Part shown: positions 46,947-56,211 of the stretch, one piece after another
Numbering within the stretch: the first letter of the stretch is position 1
How the letters are laid out: every line of letters begins with the position of its first letter
Origin: Myxococcota bacterium
GTDB taxonomy: Bacteria > Myxococcota_A > UBA796 > UBA2385
Direction of reading: 5' to 3'
Assembly: GCA_044344255.1 (NCBI GenBank)
Contig: JBIJDH010000001.1
Coordinates: forward strand, 224,001 to 288,000
Length of the DNA stretch: 64,000 bases
Made by a program: the position numbers and the translations under genes
The notes under the pieces: generated by a model
Database searches by the model: none
Seen by the model: the letters and a program-made list of their open reading frames with translations, nothing else
What the model was told of the DNA's origin: nothing

Positions 46947-47416
46947 GTCGGGCCCGCGCAGCCGTCGCAGGTGCCACGGAGCTGGATCTCAACGCGGCCC
47001 TGGCGCACACCCGCGGGGAGGTCCGTCCGCCCGCCGACCTCGAGCCGCACACCTCGGAGGCACTTCACGTCGCCGCAGCGCACGCAGAGGAAGTGAGGGT
47101 GGCCATCCTCACCGCCCTCCAGCCGGAGCTCGTAACGCCAGAGGTGATCCCCGAGGTCGGCGCGGGTGAGCAGGCCGTGCTCGGAGAGGTCCGAGAGGTT
47201 GCGGAAGAGCGTCGCCCGGTCCCACTCCGCGCCGCCGAGCGCCTCGACCACCTGCGCGTGGCTGAGGGGCGCTCCCCGCTCGGCGAGGAGCCGCAGCACC
47301 GCGGTGCGGGCCGGCGTGCACCGGAGGCCAGCCGCGCGGATTCTCCGCTTCAGCTCTCCATCTCCCCGGTCTGAATCTCCCTGGACCGGACCTTCCCGGT
47401 CTGCTTCGATCGCCAT
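46943..47416 (-). CDS. Fur-family transcriptional regulator
   Basis: GLRCTPAR..VL, ATLFRNL, HPHFLCVRCG, GTCDGC. Confidence 0.9.
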   Translation of the reverse strand: MAIEADREGPVQGDSDRGDGELKRRIRAAGLRCTPARTAVLRLLAERGAPLSHAQVVEALGGAEWDRATLFRNLSDLSEHGLLTRADLGDHLWRYELRLEGGEDGHPHFLCVRCGDVKCLRGVRLEVGGRTDLPAGVRQGRVEIQLRGTCDGCAGPT

Positions 47417-47576
47417 CGTGTCCTCGTGCCCCGAGGCCGGGTATCCCGACATCCTCATGTCGAGCCTCGAACGCGGCACGGGCGACGGCGCGTTCTGTCT
47501 GCAACTTGAGAACACCTGCACGCCTGACTCCGGACACGGGCAGCGAGGGGGCCCCACCTTGGATAGCAGCCCGCGC

Positions 47577-48833
47577 ATGGAAAGCGACATCCTCATCATC
47601 GGCGGTGGGCCGGCCGGCATCTCCACCGCGCTCCACCTCCACGCGCGCCACCCCGAGCTGGCCGGGCGCACCCTCGTGCTGGAGAAGGAGCGGTATCCCC
47701 GAGAGAAGTACTGCGCCGGCGCCGTGGGAGCCCGCGCGCTCGACCTGCTGGCGAAGATCGGCGTCCGAGTGGACGTGCCGCGGGTGCCGATCGACGCCAT
47801 CACCTTCCGCACGCGGGACCACCTTCACCACATCCCCGAGCCCGGCTTCGGGGCCGTCATCCGCCGCATTCAGTTCGATCACGCCCTCGCCCAGGAGGCC
47901 CAGCGGCGCGGCATCGCCGTGCGAGACGGAGCAGCCGTGAAGGCGGTCACCCGCGGCGCCGACGGCGTGACCGTGACCCTCGCAGACGGCGAGACCCTGC
48001 GCGCCCGGGTGGTGGTGGGCGCAGACGGGGTCGGCAGCGTGGTGCGGCGAGAGACGGGCTTCTCGGGCGGGCACTTTCGCGCCCAGGTGATCGAGCTCGA
48101 CACCGAGCGCGCCGAGGGTGATCCGGCGCCCGACACGATCCACTTTGACGCTTCGATCCGAGATCTTCAAGGTTACGCCTGGGACTTCCCCACCATCGTA
48201 GAGGGTCGCGAGATGATCTGCCGCGGGGTCTACGTCATCCGCACCCTCGGCGCCGACAACGTCCAACACCGCCTCAAAGACTACCTCTCCGCAAAGGGGT
48301 TGGACATCAAGCGGTACAAGCTCAAGCCCTTCGGGGAGCGGGGCTTCCACCCCGGCGAGCCGATCTCGAAGGAGCGGGTCCTGCTGGTCGGAGAGGCCGC
48401 AGGCATCGACATCTCCACCGGCGAGGGCATCGCCCAGGCCATCACCTACGGGGAGCTCGCGTCCCGCTACCTGATCCGGGCCTTCGAGACCGGTGACTTC
48501 GCCTTCTCGAGCTGGAGGCGGACGGTGCTGCAAGATCGGGTCGGCTGGAACCTGCTCGGCCGCCTGATGCTCTACTACAGCTATTTTGGGCCCCAGCGGG
48601 CGGCGACCGAGGCCTTTCTCTACCGAAACCCGGCGCTGCTCCAGGTCTTCGCCGAGGAATTCGCCGGACACGGGCCCCGGGCGCGCACGCTGGCCCGGAG
48701 CGCCCTCGGGGCCGGCCTGTGGGGCCCCCTCTGGACCGCCCGCGCGGTGGCGGCCTGGGCGCGCGCGCCCGGCGCCGCTGCAGCGGCCGGAGCCCCGGAC
48801 CCCCGCCGCGCCGGGACCGACTCCAAGGGTTAG
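47577..48833 (+). CDS. FAD-dependent oxidoreductase (geranylgeranyl-reductase-like)
   Basis: IIGGGPAG, PREKYCAG, VGADG, GYAWDFP, LLVGEAAG..TGEGI. Confidence 0.88.
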   Translation: MESDILIIGGGPAGISTALHLHARHPELAGRTLVLEKERYPREKYCAGAVGARALDLLAKIGVRVDVPRVPIDAITFRTRDHLHHIPEPGFGAVIRRIQFDHALAQEAQRRGIAVRDGAAVKAVTRGADGVTVTLADGETLRARVVVGADGVGSVVRRETGFSGGHFRAQVIELDTERAEGDPAPDTIHFDASIRDLQGYAWDFPTIVEGREMICRGVYVIRTLGADNVQHRLKDYLSAKGLDIKRYKLKPFGERGFHPGEPISKERVLLVGEAAGIDISTGEGIAQAITYGELASRYLIRAFETGDFAFSSWRRTVLQDRVGWNLLGRLMLYYSYFGPQRAATEAFLYRNPALLQVFAEEFAGHGPRARTLARSALGAGLWGPLWTARAVAAWARAPGAAAAAGAPDPRRAGTDSKG

Positions 48834-48854
48834 GGGCGGCGCCTCGGAGCGAAG

Positions 48855-50936
48855 TTGCCCCTCCCGACCGACCTCAGCATCCCCCACGCCGATCAGGTGG
48901 CGATCGACGTAGATGGACGCGGTGAGGAGGAGGCCTGGGCCCACGCCCTCGCCCTCCCCGACTTCGTCGCCTGGGCGCCCGAGCCCGGCCGCGCGCCCGC
49001 CGTCCGCACCGAGCTTCGGCTCCTCTCGGACGATCAGCACCTGTACGCGCTGTTCATCGCGCACGATCCCCAGCCGCGGCGCATCCGGGTCGGCCTCGGT
49101 CGCCGAGACACCCGCGGCGCCGACGACCGGGTGGGCCTCTACATCGACCCCTCCGCCCGTGGAGAGCGCAGCTACGTCTTCGCCGCCAACGCCCTCGGCG
49201 TCCAGCGGGACGCCATCCGCACGAACACGACCGACTCCGACGACCACGCCTGGGACACCCACTGGCAGAGCGCCGGGCGCCGCACGGAGGAGGGTTATGT
49301 GGTCGAGATGGCGATCCCCTGGGCGGCGATGCGGCACCCCGCGCACGCCGGCCAGATCGGCCTCCTCGCGTACCGGGTCTTCCCCCGCGGGGGTGAATTC
49401 CAGGGTTGGCCCCTCACCGATCCGAACGCGCCTGGCTGGATCACCCAAGAGGCCCTCCTCGGCGGGCCGGGCGACCTCCCCCCCACCGAGACCGTCGCGC
49501 TGACGCCCGAGCTCACCTACGGCCGGGACCAGGACGGCCCCGCCGACGACCGGCTCGGCTGGGGCGGCCTCTCCCCGGGGCTCACCGCCCGCTGGTCCCC
49601 CACCGCGGCCGTGCAGGTGCTCGGCACCCTCAACCCCGACTTCTCCCAGGTGGAGTCCGACGCGACGCAGATCGGCGTAAATCGGCGTTACGCTTTATAC
49701 TATCCTGAAAAACGCCCCTTCTTCCTCGAGGGGCAGGAGTGGTTCGCCCACCCGGCGGGGCGGCTCGTCTATACCCGGTCGATGGTCGCCCCTCGATACG
49801 GCGCGCGGAGCACGGTCGAGGCCGGCCCTTGGAAGGTCGCGGCCCTGCACGTCATGGACGCCCACCCGGGAGGCACCGTCTCCGAGGGGGGCGGCTGGAC
49901 CGAGGACCAAGTGGGCGACGCCCTCGCCTGGGAGACGGTCGGCCGGATCCAGCGGCAGCTCGAGCGAGGCGGCCACCTCGGGCTGCTGTTCTCCGACCGT
50001 CAGCTCCCGCGCGCCGGTCTCTCGAACGAGGTCTTCGGGCTCGACACCCAGGCCCAGCTCGGCGACGCCGACTCGGTCGAGGCCGCCGCCACCTTCTCTC
50101 ACACCACCGCGGTGGACTCGGGGGCCGCACCGTCTCCGAACGCTTACGCCAGCTGGTCGCACAGCGGCCGCCACCTCACGCTCACGACCGCCACTCACTA
50201 CATCAGCCCCACCTTCCGGGCCGAGAACGGCTTCGTCCCGCTGGCGGACTCGATGGGCGGCGACCTCGATCTCAAGCTCTTCACCTACCCCGACCTCCGA
50301 GGGGTCCGAAAGCTGAGCGTCAACCCGATCACGAGCGCCGCGGCCTGGCGCACCGACACGAAGCTGAGGAGCTGGAGCTGGGCGCCGGCGACCACCCTGA
50401 CCTTCAGCAACGGCGGGCAGGTTTGGGGGGAGTGGCTGCTCGCAGGCGAGACCTTCGCCGATACTCCGCTCTCGTGGAGCCAGCCCTCCCTCGGCGCGCG
50501 GACCTCGATCACCCGCTTCGTGAACCTGATCGTCGAGGGCTACACGGGCACGGGCCCGGTCTACGATCCCACGGCGCCTGCCGTCGGCGAGATCGTGGGC
50601 GGCACCGGCACCCTCACCGTGCAGGCCGGCGCCCACGTGACCCTGAGCGGCTCCGCCAGCGCCGAGCGCCTCGCGCTCGACGGGGCGGCCCTCTACGAGG
50701 GGGTGATCCTCCGCACCCGCATCGACGCCTACGCGACGCCCGAGTGGTGGGCCCGCCTCATCCTCCAGCGCTCGACCTTCGATGAGGCCGAGAGCGCCGA
50801 GCTGCTGCTCGCCTGGGAGGAGGGGCCGGCGAGCGCCATCTGGCTCGGCGGGAACGTCGCGGACAACGGCGTCGACGAAGCCCTGCAGTGGGCCGTGTTG
50901 ACCAAAGCGAGCTGGACCTTCGGAGCGCACCTGTGA
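48855..50936 (+). CDS. CBM9-like/DUF5916 outer-membrane-type protein
   Basis: DVDG..EEAW, YVVEMAIP, NPDFSQVESD, YPEKRPFFLEG; beta-strand-rich C-terminus. Confidence 0.8.
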   Translation: MPLPTDLSIPHADQVAIDVDGRGEEEAWAHALALPDFVAWAPEPGRAPAVRTELRLLSDDQHLYALFIAHDPQPRRIRVGLGRRDTRGADDRVGLYIDPSARGERSYVFAANALGVQRDAIRTNTTDSDDHAWDTHWQSAGRRTEEGYVVEMAIPWAAMRHPAHAGQIGLLAYRVFPRGGEFQGWPLTDPNAPGWITQEALLGGPGDLPPTETVALTPELTYGRDQDGPADDRLGWGGLSPGLTARWSPTAAVQVLGTLNPDFSQVESDATQIGVNRRYALYYPEKRPFFLEGQEWFAHPAGRLVYTRSMVAPRYGARSTVEAGPWKVAALHVMDAHPGGTVSEGGGWTEDQVGDALAWETVGRIQRQLERGGHLGLLFSDRQLPRAGLSNEVFGLDTQAQLGDADSVEAAATFSHTTAVDSGAAPSPNAYASWSHSGRHLTLTTATHYISPTFRAENGFVPLADSMGGDLDLKLFTYPDLRGVRKLSVNPITSAAAWRTDTKLRSWSWAPATTLTFSNGGQVWGEWLLAGETFADTPLSWSQPSLGARTSITRFVNLIVEGYTGTGPVYDPTAPAVGEIVGGTGTLTVQAGAHVTLSGSASAERLALDGAALYEGVILRTRIDAYATPEWWARLILQRSTFDEAESAELLLAWEEGPASAIWLGGNVADNGVDEALQWAVLTKASWTFGAHL

Positions 50937-52024
50937 CCGCCAAGAGCCTGATCGAGGCCTACCTCCCCCGCTGCCCGCCGCGCCTTCGCCTCGCGGCCCT
51001 CCCCACGCCCGTCGAGCGCCACCCGGGCTTCGACGTCGGCGGCGCCGAGGTGTGGGTGAAGCGGGACGACCAGTCGAGCGCGGTCTACGCCGGGAGCAAG
51101 GTCCGCAAGCTCGAGTGGGCCCTGGCCGAGCTCCCCGACGACCGCCCCGTGCTCAGCCTCGGCGGCGTGGGCAGCCACCACCTCCTCGCCCTCGCGCTCT
51201 TCACCCGGTCGCTCGGGCGGCCGCCCCTGCACGCGATCTGCTTCGCCCAGCCGATCACGCCGCACGTGCAGCAGACCCTCGGCGCCCTGGTGTCCACCGG
51301 GGCCCGGCTCTGGTACGCCCCCGCCCGGCCGCTGCTCCCCTGGGCCTTCCTCTCGTACGGGCTCTGGGATCGGCCCCCCACGCGCGGCCGCTGGATGGCC
51401 GCCGGCGCCAGCACCCCCGCGGGCTGCCTCGGCATGGTGGAGGGCGGCCTCGAGCTGGCGGCCCAGATCGCCGCTGGCGAGCTCCCCGCACCCAAGCACA
51501 TCTTCGTCGCCGCCGGCACCACTGGGAACGCCGTCGGCCTCACCCTCGGCCTCGCCCTCGCCGGGGTGCCCGCGACCATCCACCTCATCTCGACGGTGGA
51601 GGGCCTGCTCTTGAACGGCGCCACCGTCGGCAACCTGATGCGCGGGGTGGTGGGCAAGATGGAGGCGCAGGGCTGGACGGGCCGCGGCGGCAAGTCCATC
51701 AAGGCTTGGCTCCAGAGTCGCGGTGTAACATACAGAATCGACCACACGCAGGTGGGTGACGGCTACGGCCACCCCACCCCGGAGGCCTCCGCGGTCGTTC
51801 GGGAGGCCCGCGAGATGGGGATCCAGCTCGAGACCACCTACACGGGCAAGTGCCTGTCCGGGATGCGCGCCACCCTGGCCGAGCAGCACATCGAGGGCCC
51901 GGTGCTGTTCTGGAACACCCACGCCGGCACGGACGTCGGCCAATACGTGGTGCCCGGCTGGGAGGAGCGCCTGCCTCGCGCGGTGCGGGCCCTGCTCCCC
52001 ACCCCCGCCCTGACCGGCGGCTGA
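50933..52024 (+). CDS. PLP-dependent D-cysteine desulfhydrase/ACC deaminase family protein
   Basis: LPTPV, WVKRDD, GSKVRKLE, SHH, LETTYTGK, LFWNT; GTGA overlap. Confidence 0.88.
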   Translation: MTAKSLIEAYLPRCPPRLRLAALPTPVERHPGFDVGGAEVWVKRDDQSSAVYAGSKVRKLEWALAELPDDRPVLSLGGVGSHHLLALALFTRSLGRPPLHAICFAQPITPHVQQTLGALVSTGARLWYAPARPLLPWAFLSYGLWDRPPTRGRWMAAGASTPAGCLGMVEGGLELAAQIAAGELPAPKHIFVAAGTTGNAVGLTLGLALAGVPATIHLISTVEGLLLNGATVGNLMRGVVGKMEAQGWTGRGGKSIKAWLQSRGVTYRIDHTQVGDGYGHPTPEASAVVREAREMGIQLETTYTGKCLSGMRATLAEQHIEGPVLFWNTHAGTDVGQYVVPGWEERLPRAVRALLPTPALTGG

Positions 52025-52027
52025 GCC

Positions 52028-52807
52028 TCAGCCGAGGACGAAGGGCGAGACAGGCTCGAAGAGGCCCAGGACCACGAGGGCCGCGACCTCGCCGATGACG
52101 GCGGTCGCGCCGATGAGATCACCCGTGGTCCCGCCCAGGCGCCGCTGGACGTGGCGGCTGAAGAGCGCCGCGACACCCAGGGCGGCGCCGAGGCCCAGCG
52201 CGCCGCCCGCCCCGCCGAGGCCCCCACAGACGAGGGCGGCGAGGGAGAGCCCCGGGAGGAGCTGGCGGGTGCCCGTGTCGCGAACGAGGCAGCTCGCGAG
52301 GCTCGGGTCATCCGCGCGGGCCGGCCCGAGGCGGGCGAGGCTCCAGAGCGCCGCCGCGCGGGAGGCGCAGAGGGCGAGCACCAGCACCATCGGCCAGCGC
52401 GCGACCGGGATCGAGAGCAGGGCCCCCGCGCGCAGGGCGACCGACAGCGTGATGGCGAGGCCGCCATAGCTGCCGATGCGGCTGTCCCGCATGATCAGCA
52501 GCACCTTCTCGGGGGTGGAGCCGCCGCCGAGCCCGTCCGCGGCGTCGGCGAGGCCATCCTCGTGCAGGGCGCCCGTGAGGAGCGCGCTGGCGGTGAGCAG
52601 GAGCGCCACGAGCAGGGGAGGGCCGAGCCCGAGGCGCTCCCCACCGTACGCGAGGAGGCCGAGCAGGCCGCCGAGCAGCGCCCCCACGAGGGGGTAGAAG
52701 GTGGCCGACCGGACGAGCTCACCCGCCGAGACCGTGGCGTAGGTGGGGGTCGGCAGCCGGCTCAGGAGCTGAACGGCGAGGAAGAAGCCCTTGAGCAGCC
52801 CCTTCAC
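52028..52807 (-). CDS. cobS: Adenosylcobinamide-GDP ribazoletransferase
   Basis: LTGALHEDGLADAADG, IMRDSRIGSYG, GGTTGDLIGA. Confidence 0.96.
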   Translation of the reverse strand: MKGLLKGFFLAVQLLSRLPTPTYATVSAGELVRSATFYPLVGALLGGLLGLLAYGGERLGLGPPLLVALLLTASALLTGALHEDGLADAADGLGGGSTPEKVLLIMRDSRIGSYGGLAITLSVALRAGALLSIPVARWPMVLVLALCASRAAALWSLARLGPARADDPSLASCLVRDTGTRQLLPGLSLAALVCGGLGGAGGALGLGAALGVAALFSRHVQRRLGGTTGDLIGATAVIGEVAALVVLGLFEPVSPFVLG

Positions 52808-53850
52808 GCGAGCGCGCCGGACAGCACCGCCTCGAGGGTGGCCATCTCGGTGAGGAGCCGGCAGGCCGAGCGGGCCATCGGCAGGGCGAGGGTGGCGGCG
52901 CTGGCCTCCCCGAGGCGGAGGCCGAGGTCGAGCAGCGGAGGGCCGAGGTCGAGGGCCTCGAGCACGAGGCGGTGGCCCGGCTCGGGGGAGCGGGTGGCCG
53001 GGATGAGGACGCGGCGGACGTCGGGGTGCAAGCGGACCGCGGCCAGGGCCGACGCGCCGACGATGAAGCCGTCGAGCAGCACGGGCAGATCGAGCCGGGC
53101 GGCCTCGATCATGCAGCCGGCGAGCGCGGCGAGCTCGAGGCCCCCGAGGTCCGCGAGGGCGCCCGCCCCGTCGGCGGCGCCGCCCCGCGCGAGGGCGCGC
53201 TCCACCACCTGCCGCTTTCGTTCGACGCCGGCCGGATCGAGGCCCGTGCCGGGGCCCACCACCTCCGCCGCCGACCGCCCGAGGAGCCGCGCGGTCAGGG
53301 CCGCGGCGGCGGTGGTGTTGCCGATGCCCATCTCGCCCAAGGCGAGGAGCTGGACGCCGTCTGCGTGGGCCCGCTGGGCGGCGGCGGCCCCCACCGCCAT
53401 CGCCTGGGCGCAGCGCTCCGGGCTCATCGCCGACCCCACGGCGAGGTTGGCGGTGCCCGCGGCCACGGCGGCCCGCACCACGCGGACCCCTCCCCGCCCC
53501 TCGACCGGGCCGAGGCCCACGACGCCCACGTCTACCACCTCGAGCTCGGCCCCCGCGCTGCGCGCGAGCACGGCCACCGCCGCCTGCCCCGCGGCGAAGG
53601 TGTGCACCATCGCGACGGTCACCTCGGGGGGGTAGGGCGTGACGGCCTCGGCGCGGGCGACGCCGTGGTCGGCCGCGAAGACGATGACCCGCGCTCGCTC
53701 CGCGGAGGGCGGGTAACGCCGCTGGGCCCCCGCGAGGCGGACGGCCAGCCCCTCGAGGCCGCCGAGGCTGCCCGGGGGCTTGGCGAGGGCGTCGAGGCGC
53801 TGCGCGGCCGCGGCCTCCGGCGTCAGATCGGCGGGATGCGCGGGCATCAT
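52804..53850 (-). CDS. cobT: Nicotinate-nucleotide--dimethylbenzimidazole phosphoribosyltransferase
   Basis: LAKPPGSLG.LE, FAADHGV, GEMGIGNTT, GGLELAAL, LGLRLGE. Confidence 0.96.
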   Translation of the reverse strand: MMPAHPADLTPEAAAAQRLDALAKPPGSLGGLEGLAVRLAGAQRRYPPSAERARVIVFAADHGVARAEAVTPYPPEVTVAMVHTFAAGQAAVAVLARSAGAELEVVDVGVVGLGPVEGRGGVRVVRAAVAAGTANLAVGSAMSPERCAQAMAVGAAAAQRAHADGVQLLALGEMGIGNTTAAAALTARLLGRSAAEVVGPGTGLDPAGVERKRQVVERALARGGAADGAGALADLGGLELAALAGCMIEAARLDLPVLLDGFIVGASALAAVRLHPDVRRVLIPATRSPEPGHRLVLEALDLGPPLLDLGLRLGEASAATLALPMARSACRLLTEMATLEAVLSGALA

Positions 53851-53875
53851 CAGGGGTACCTCACTCCAGGACGAG

Positions 53876-54415
53876 TCACTTGATGACGAGCGGGAGGCCG
53901 GCGACGCAGAGCACCACGCCCTCGCAGCGGGCGGCGAGGCGCTGGGCGAGCCAGCCGGCGTTGTCGCGGAAGCGCCTGGCCAGGGCGTTGTCGGGGACGA
54001 TGCCGAGCCCGACCTCGTTGGTGACGAGGATGACCGGGCTCGGGCTCTCCGCCACAGCGAGGGTGAGCTCCTCGAAGAGGGGCTGGAGGTCGGCCTCCTC
54101 ACCGTGGTGGAAGAGCAGGTTCGACACCCAGAGGGTGAGGCAGTCAATCAGCACCGGCCGCCCCGCCGCCCGCCCGCTGCGGAGGTAGGCCGCCAGCGCG
54201 AGGGGCTCCTCGACCGTCTCCCAGCCCGGCCCGCGATCGGCCTGGTGCCGGCGGATGCGGTCGGCCATCTCGTCGTCGAAGGCCTCGCCGGTCGCGAGGT
54301 AGACGCGCTCGGGCCCCCAGGCCTCGGCCATCGCCTGCGCATGGCGGCTCTTCCCGCTCCGGGCGCCGCCGGTGACGAGCGAGGTCCGCCTCAAGTGCCC
54401 TCCTGCCCCGTTCAT
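53876..54415 (-). CDS. cobU: Bifunctional adenosylcobinamide kinase / phosphate guanylyltransferase
   Basis: TGGARSGKS, EM..RI..H, DCLTLWVSN, NEVGLGIVP, FRD..G, AGLP. Confidence 0.96.
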   Translation of the reverse strand: MNGAGGHLRRTSLVTGGARSGKSRHAQAMAEAWGPERVYLATGEAFDDEMADRIRRHQADRGPGWETVEEPLALAAYLRSGRAAGRPVLIDCLTLWVSNLLFHHGEEADLQPLFEELTLAVAESPSPVILVTNEVGLGIVPDNALARRFRDNAGWLAQRLAARCEGVVLCVAGLPLVIK

Positions 54416-54477
54416 CGGTGGCTCCTCCCGCGCCGGCCCGGTAACCTGGATGCGCCCCTTGTCCGCCGGAGCCGACC

Positions 54478-56211
54478 ATGCGATCCCCCGCCACCCCTCT
54501 CCCGCTGGCCGGGCTGCTCGGCGGGCTGGCCTCCGCGCTCCTCGTCGCCTGCGCCGCCGGCCAGGTCCCCAAGCCGGGCGCGGGCGCGGAGACCGGCACC
54601 CCGAGCGGGGGCGACGGCGCAGACGGCGCAGACGGCACGGACGGCACGGACGGCACGGACGGCGGCATCGACAGCGGCCCCACGGCGCTGGGCGAGGCGC
54701 CCAAGCCCCCCGACGACGCCTGCAGCAGCCTCTACGACCCCGACTTCGTGCCCGCCTTCGAGATCGACATCGAGCCCGCGGACTGGGCGGCCCTCGAAGA
54801 CGACTACGCCGTCGGCCGCAAGTCCTACCACCCCGTCGTGTTCCGCTACGACGGCGAGGAGGTCACCGACGCGATGATCCGCCTCAAGGGGAACCCGAGC
54901 TTCTCCTGGTTCACCGAGAAGATGCAGTTCGTCATCGCCTTCAACGAGGTCGATCCGGACGGCCGCTTCCACGGGCTCCGCAAGCTCTCCCTCGACGCCA
55001 CCTGGTACGAGCCCACGATGCTGCGTGACCGCATCGGCTGGCAGATCATCCGCGACCAGGGGCAGCTCCCCGGGGCCTGCGCCAACAGCGCCACGCTGAC
55101 CGTCAACGGCGAGTACTACGGTCTGTTCACGAACATCGAGTACTACGACCACGAGTGGCTGGAGCGCAGCTTCGGCGACGCCGACGCCACCGGCACCCTC
55201 TGGAAGTACGGCAGCGACCCCGTCGCCAACGCCGAGGCCAGCACGGGCGAGGCGATCTGGGCCCTCGGCAGCACCACCGACCCCGACGAGCTCGCCGCCT
55301 TGGGCGACGTCGACGAGTGGATGCTCGAGTGGGCGGCCGAGGTCGTGCTCGGCGACGACGACGGCTACTGGTGCTGCGACCACAACTACTACCTCTACGA
55401 GCACCCGAGCCGCGGGATCCTCTTCATCCCTTGGGACCTCGACGACGCCTACGACGTGCAGGGCTACGATGTAGACCCCATCAACGGCTACGCCACGAGC
55501 TGGCTCTTCCGGCAGCCGCAGTTCCACGCCATCGTCAACGATCCCACCTATGGGCCGCGCTTCGTCGACCAGGTCGAGTTGATGAACAACGCGATGGACC
55601 CCGCCACCACCCTCGCCCGGCTCGACGCATGGCAGGCGCAGATCGACCCCCTGCTCGAGGCCGACCCCCACCGCAGCATCGGCTGGGAGGAGCATGAGCA
55701 GGCGATGCCCCGCATGGCGGACTGGGTGGTGGCCCGGCACGCGTTCCTGGAGAGCTGGGTGGCCTGCCAGCGCGGCGCCACCACCGACGCCGACGGGGAC
55801 GGGCACGCCGTCTGCGCCGACCGCGACGACGGCGACAACACCATCCACCCCGGCGCCGCCGAGACCTGCGACGGCCGCGACGACGACCAGGACGGCGTGG
55901 TCGACGACGACCCCGCCTGTGACGACTGCGCCCGCCACGACGCCGACGACAGCCACTTCCTCTTCTGCCGCAGCCCCCGCACCCAAGCCGAGGCCGCCGC
56001 CCTCTGCGCAGACCGCGGCGGGGCCCTCGGCGGCCCACTGACCGGCGGCGAGACCACGATGTTCTACTTCTACACCTGGCCGGTGACCGAGCACTGGTGG
56101 ACGGGCGGCGCCGTCGGCGGCGGCAAGTGCGCCACCTGGGACGAGGCGAGCTTCTCCTCGGGCGCGGCGCCCTGCGGAGACGAGCACCCGAGCGTCTGTC
56201 GCCTACCCTGA
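54478..56211 (+). CDS. CotH-family kinase lipoprotein with MopE-like motif and lectin-like tail (paralog of 26713-28530)
   Basis: Lipobox LVAC; RLKGNPSFSW, GLRKL, DGYWCCDHNYYLYEHPSRG, PWDLD; IHPGAAETCDG. Confidence 0.85.
   Translation: MRSPATPLPLAGLLGGLASALLVACAAGQVPKPGAGAETGTPSGGDGADGADGTDGTDGTDGGIDSGPTALGEAPKPPDDACSSLYDPDFVPAFEIDIEPADWAALEDDYAVGRKSYHPVVFRYDGEEVTDAMIRLKGNPSFSWFTEKMQFVIAFNEVDPDGRFHGLRKLSLDATWYEPTMLRDRIGWQIIRDQGQLPGACANSATLTVNGEYYGLFTNIEYYDHEWLERSFGDADATGTLWKYGSDPVANAEASTGEAIWALGSTTDPDELAALGDVDEWMLEWAAEVVLGDDDGYWCCDHNYYLYEHPSRGILFIPWDLDDAYDVQGYDVDPINGYATSWLFRQPQFHAIVNDPTYGPRFVDQVELMNNAMDPATTLARLDAWQAQIDPLLEADPHRSIGWEEHEQAMPRMADWVVARHAFLESWVACQRGATTDADGDGHAVCADRDDGDNTIHPGAAETCDGRDDDQDGVVDDDPACDDCARHDADDSHFLFCRSPRTQAEAAALCADRGGALGGPLTGGETTMFYFYTWPVTEHWWTGGAVGGGKCATWDEASFSSGAAPCGDEHPSVCRLP
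54613..54666 (+). repeat. 9-bp coding tandem repeat (DGA/DGT, 6 copies)
   Basis: gacggcgca/gacggcacg units. Confidence 0.85.

Noticed and set aside
54416..54477. Possible cobalamin riboswitch upstream of cobU-cobT-cobS
   Set aside because: The intergenic gap is only 62 bp and no B12-box motif is visible
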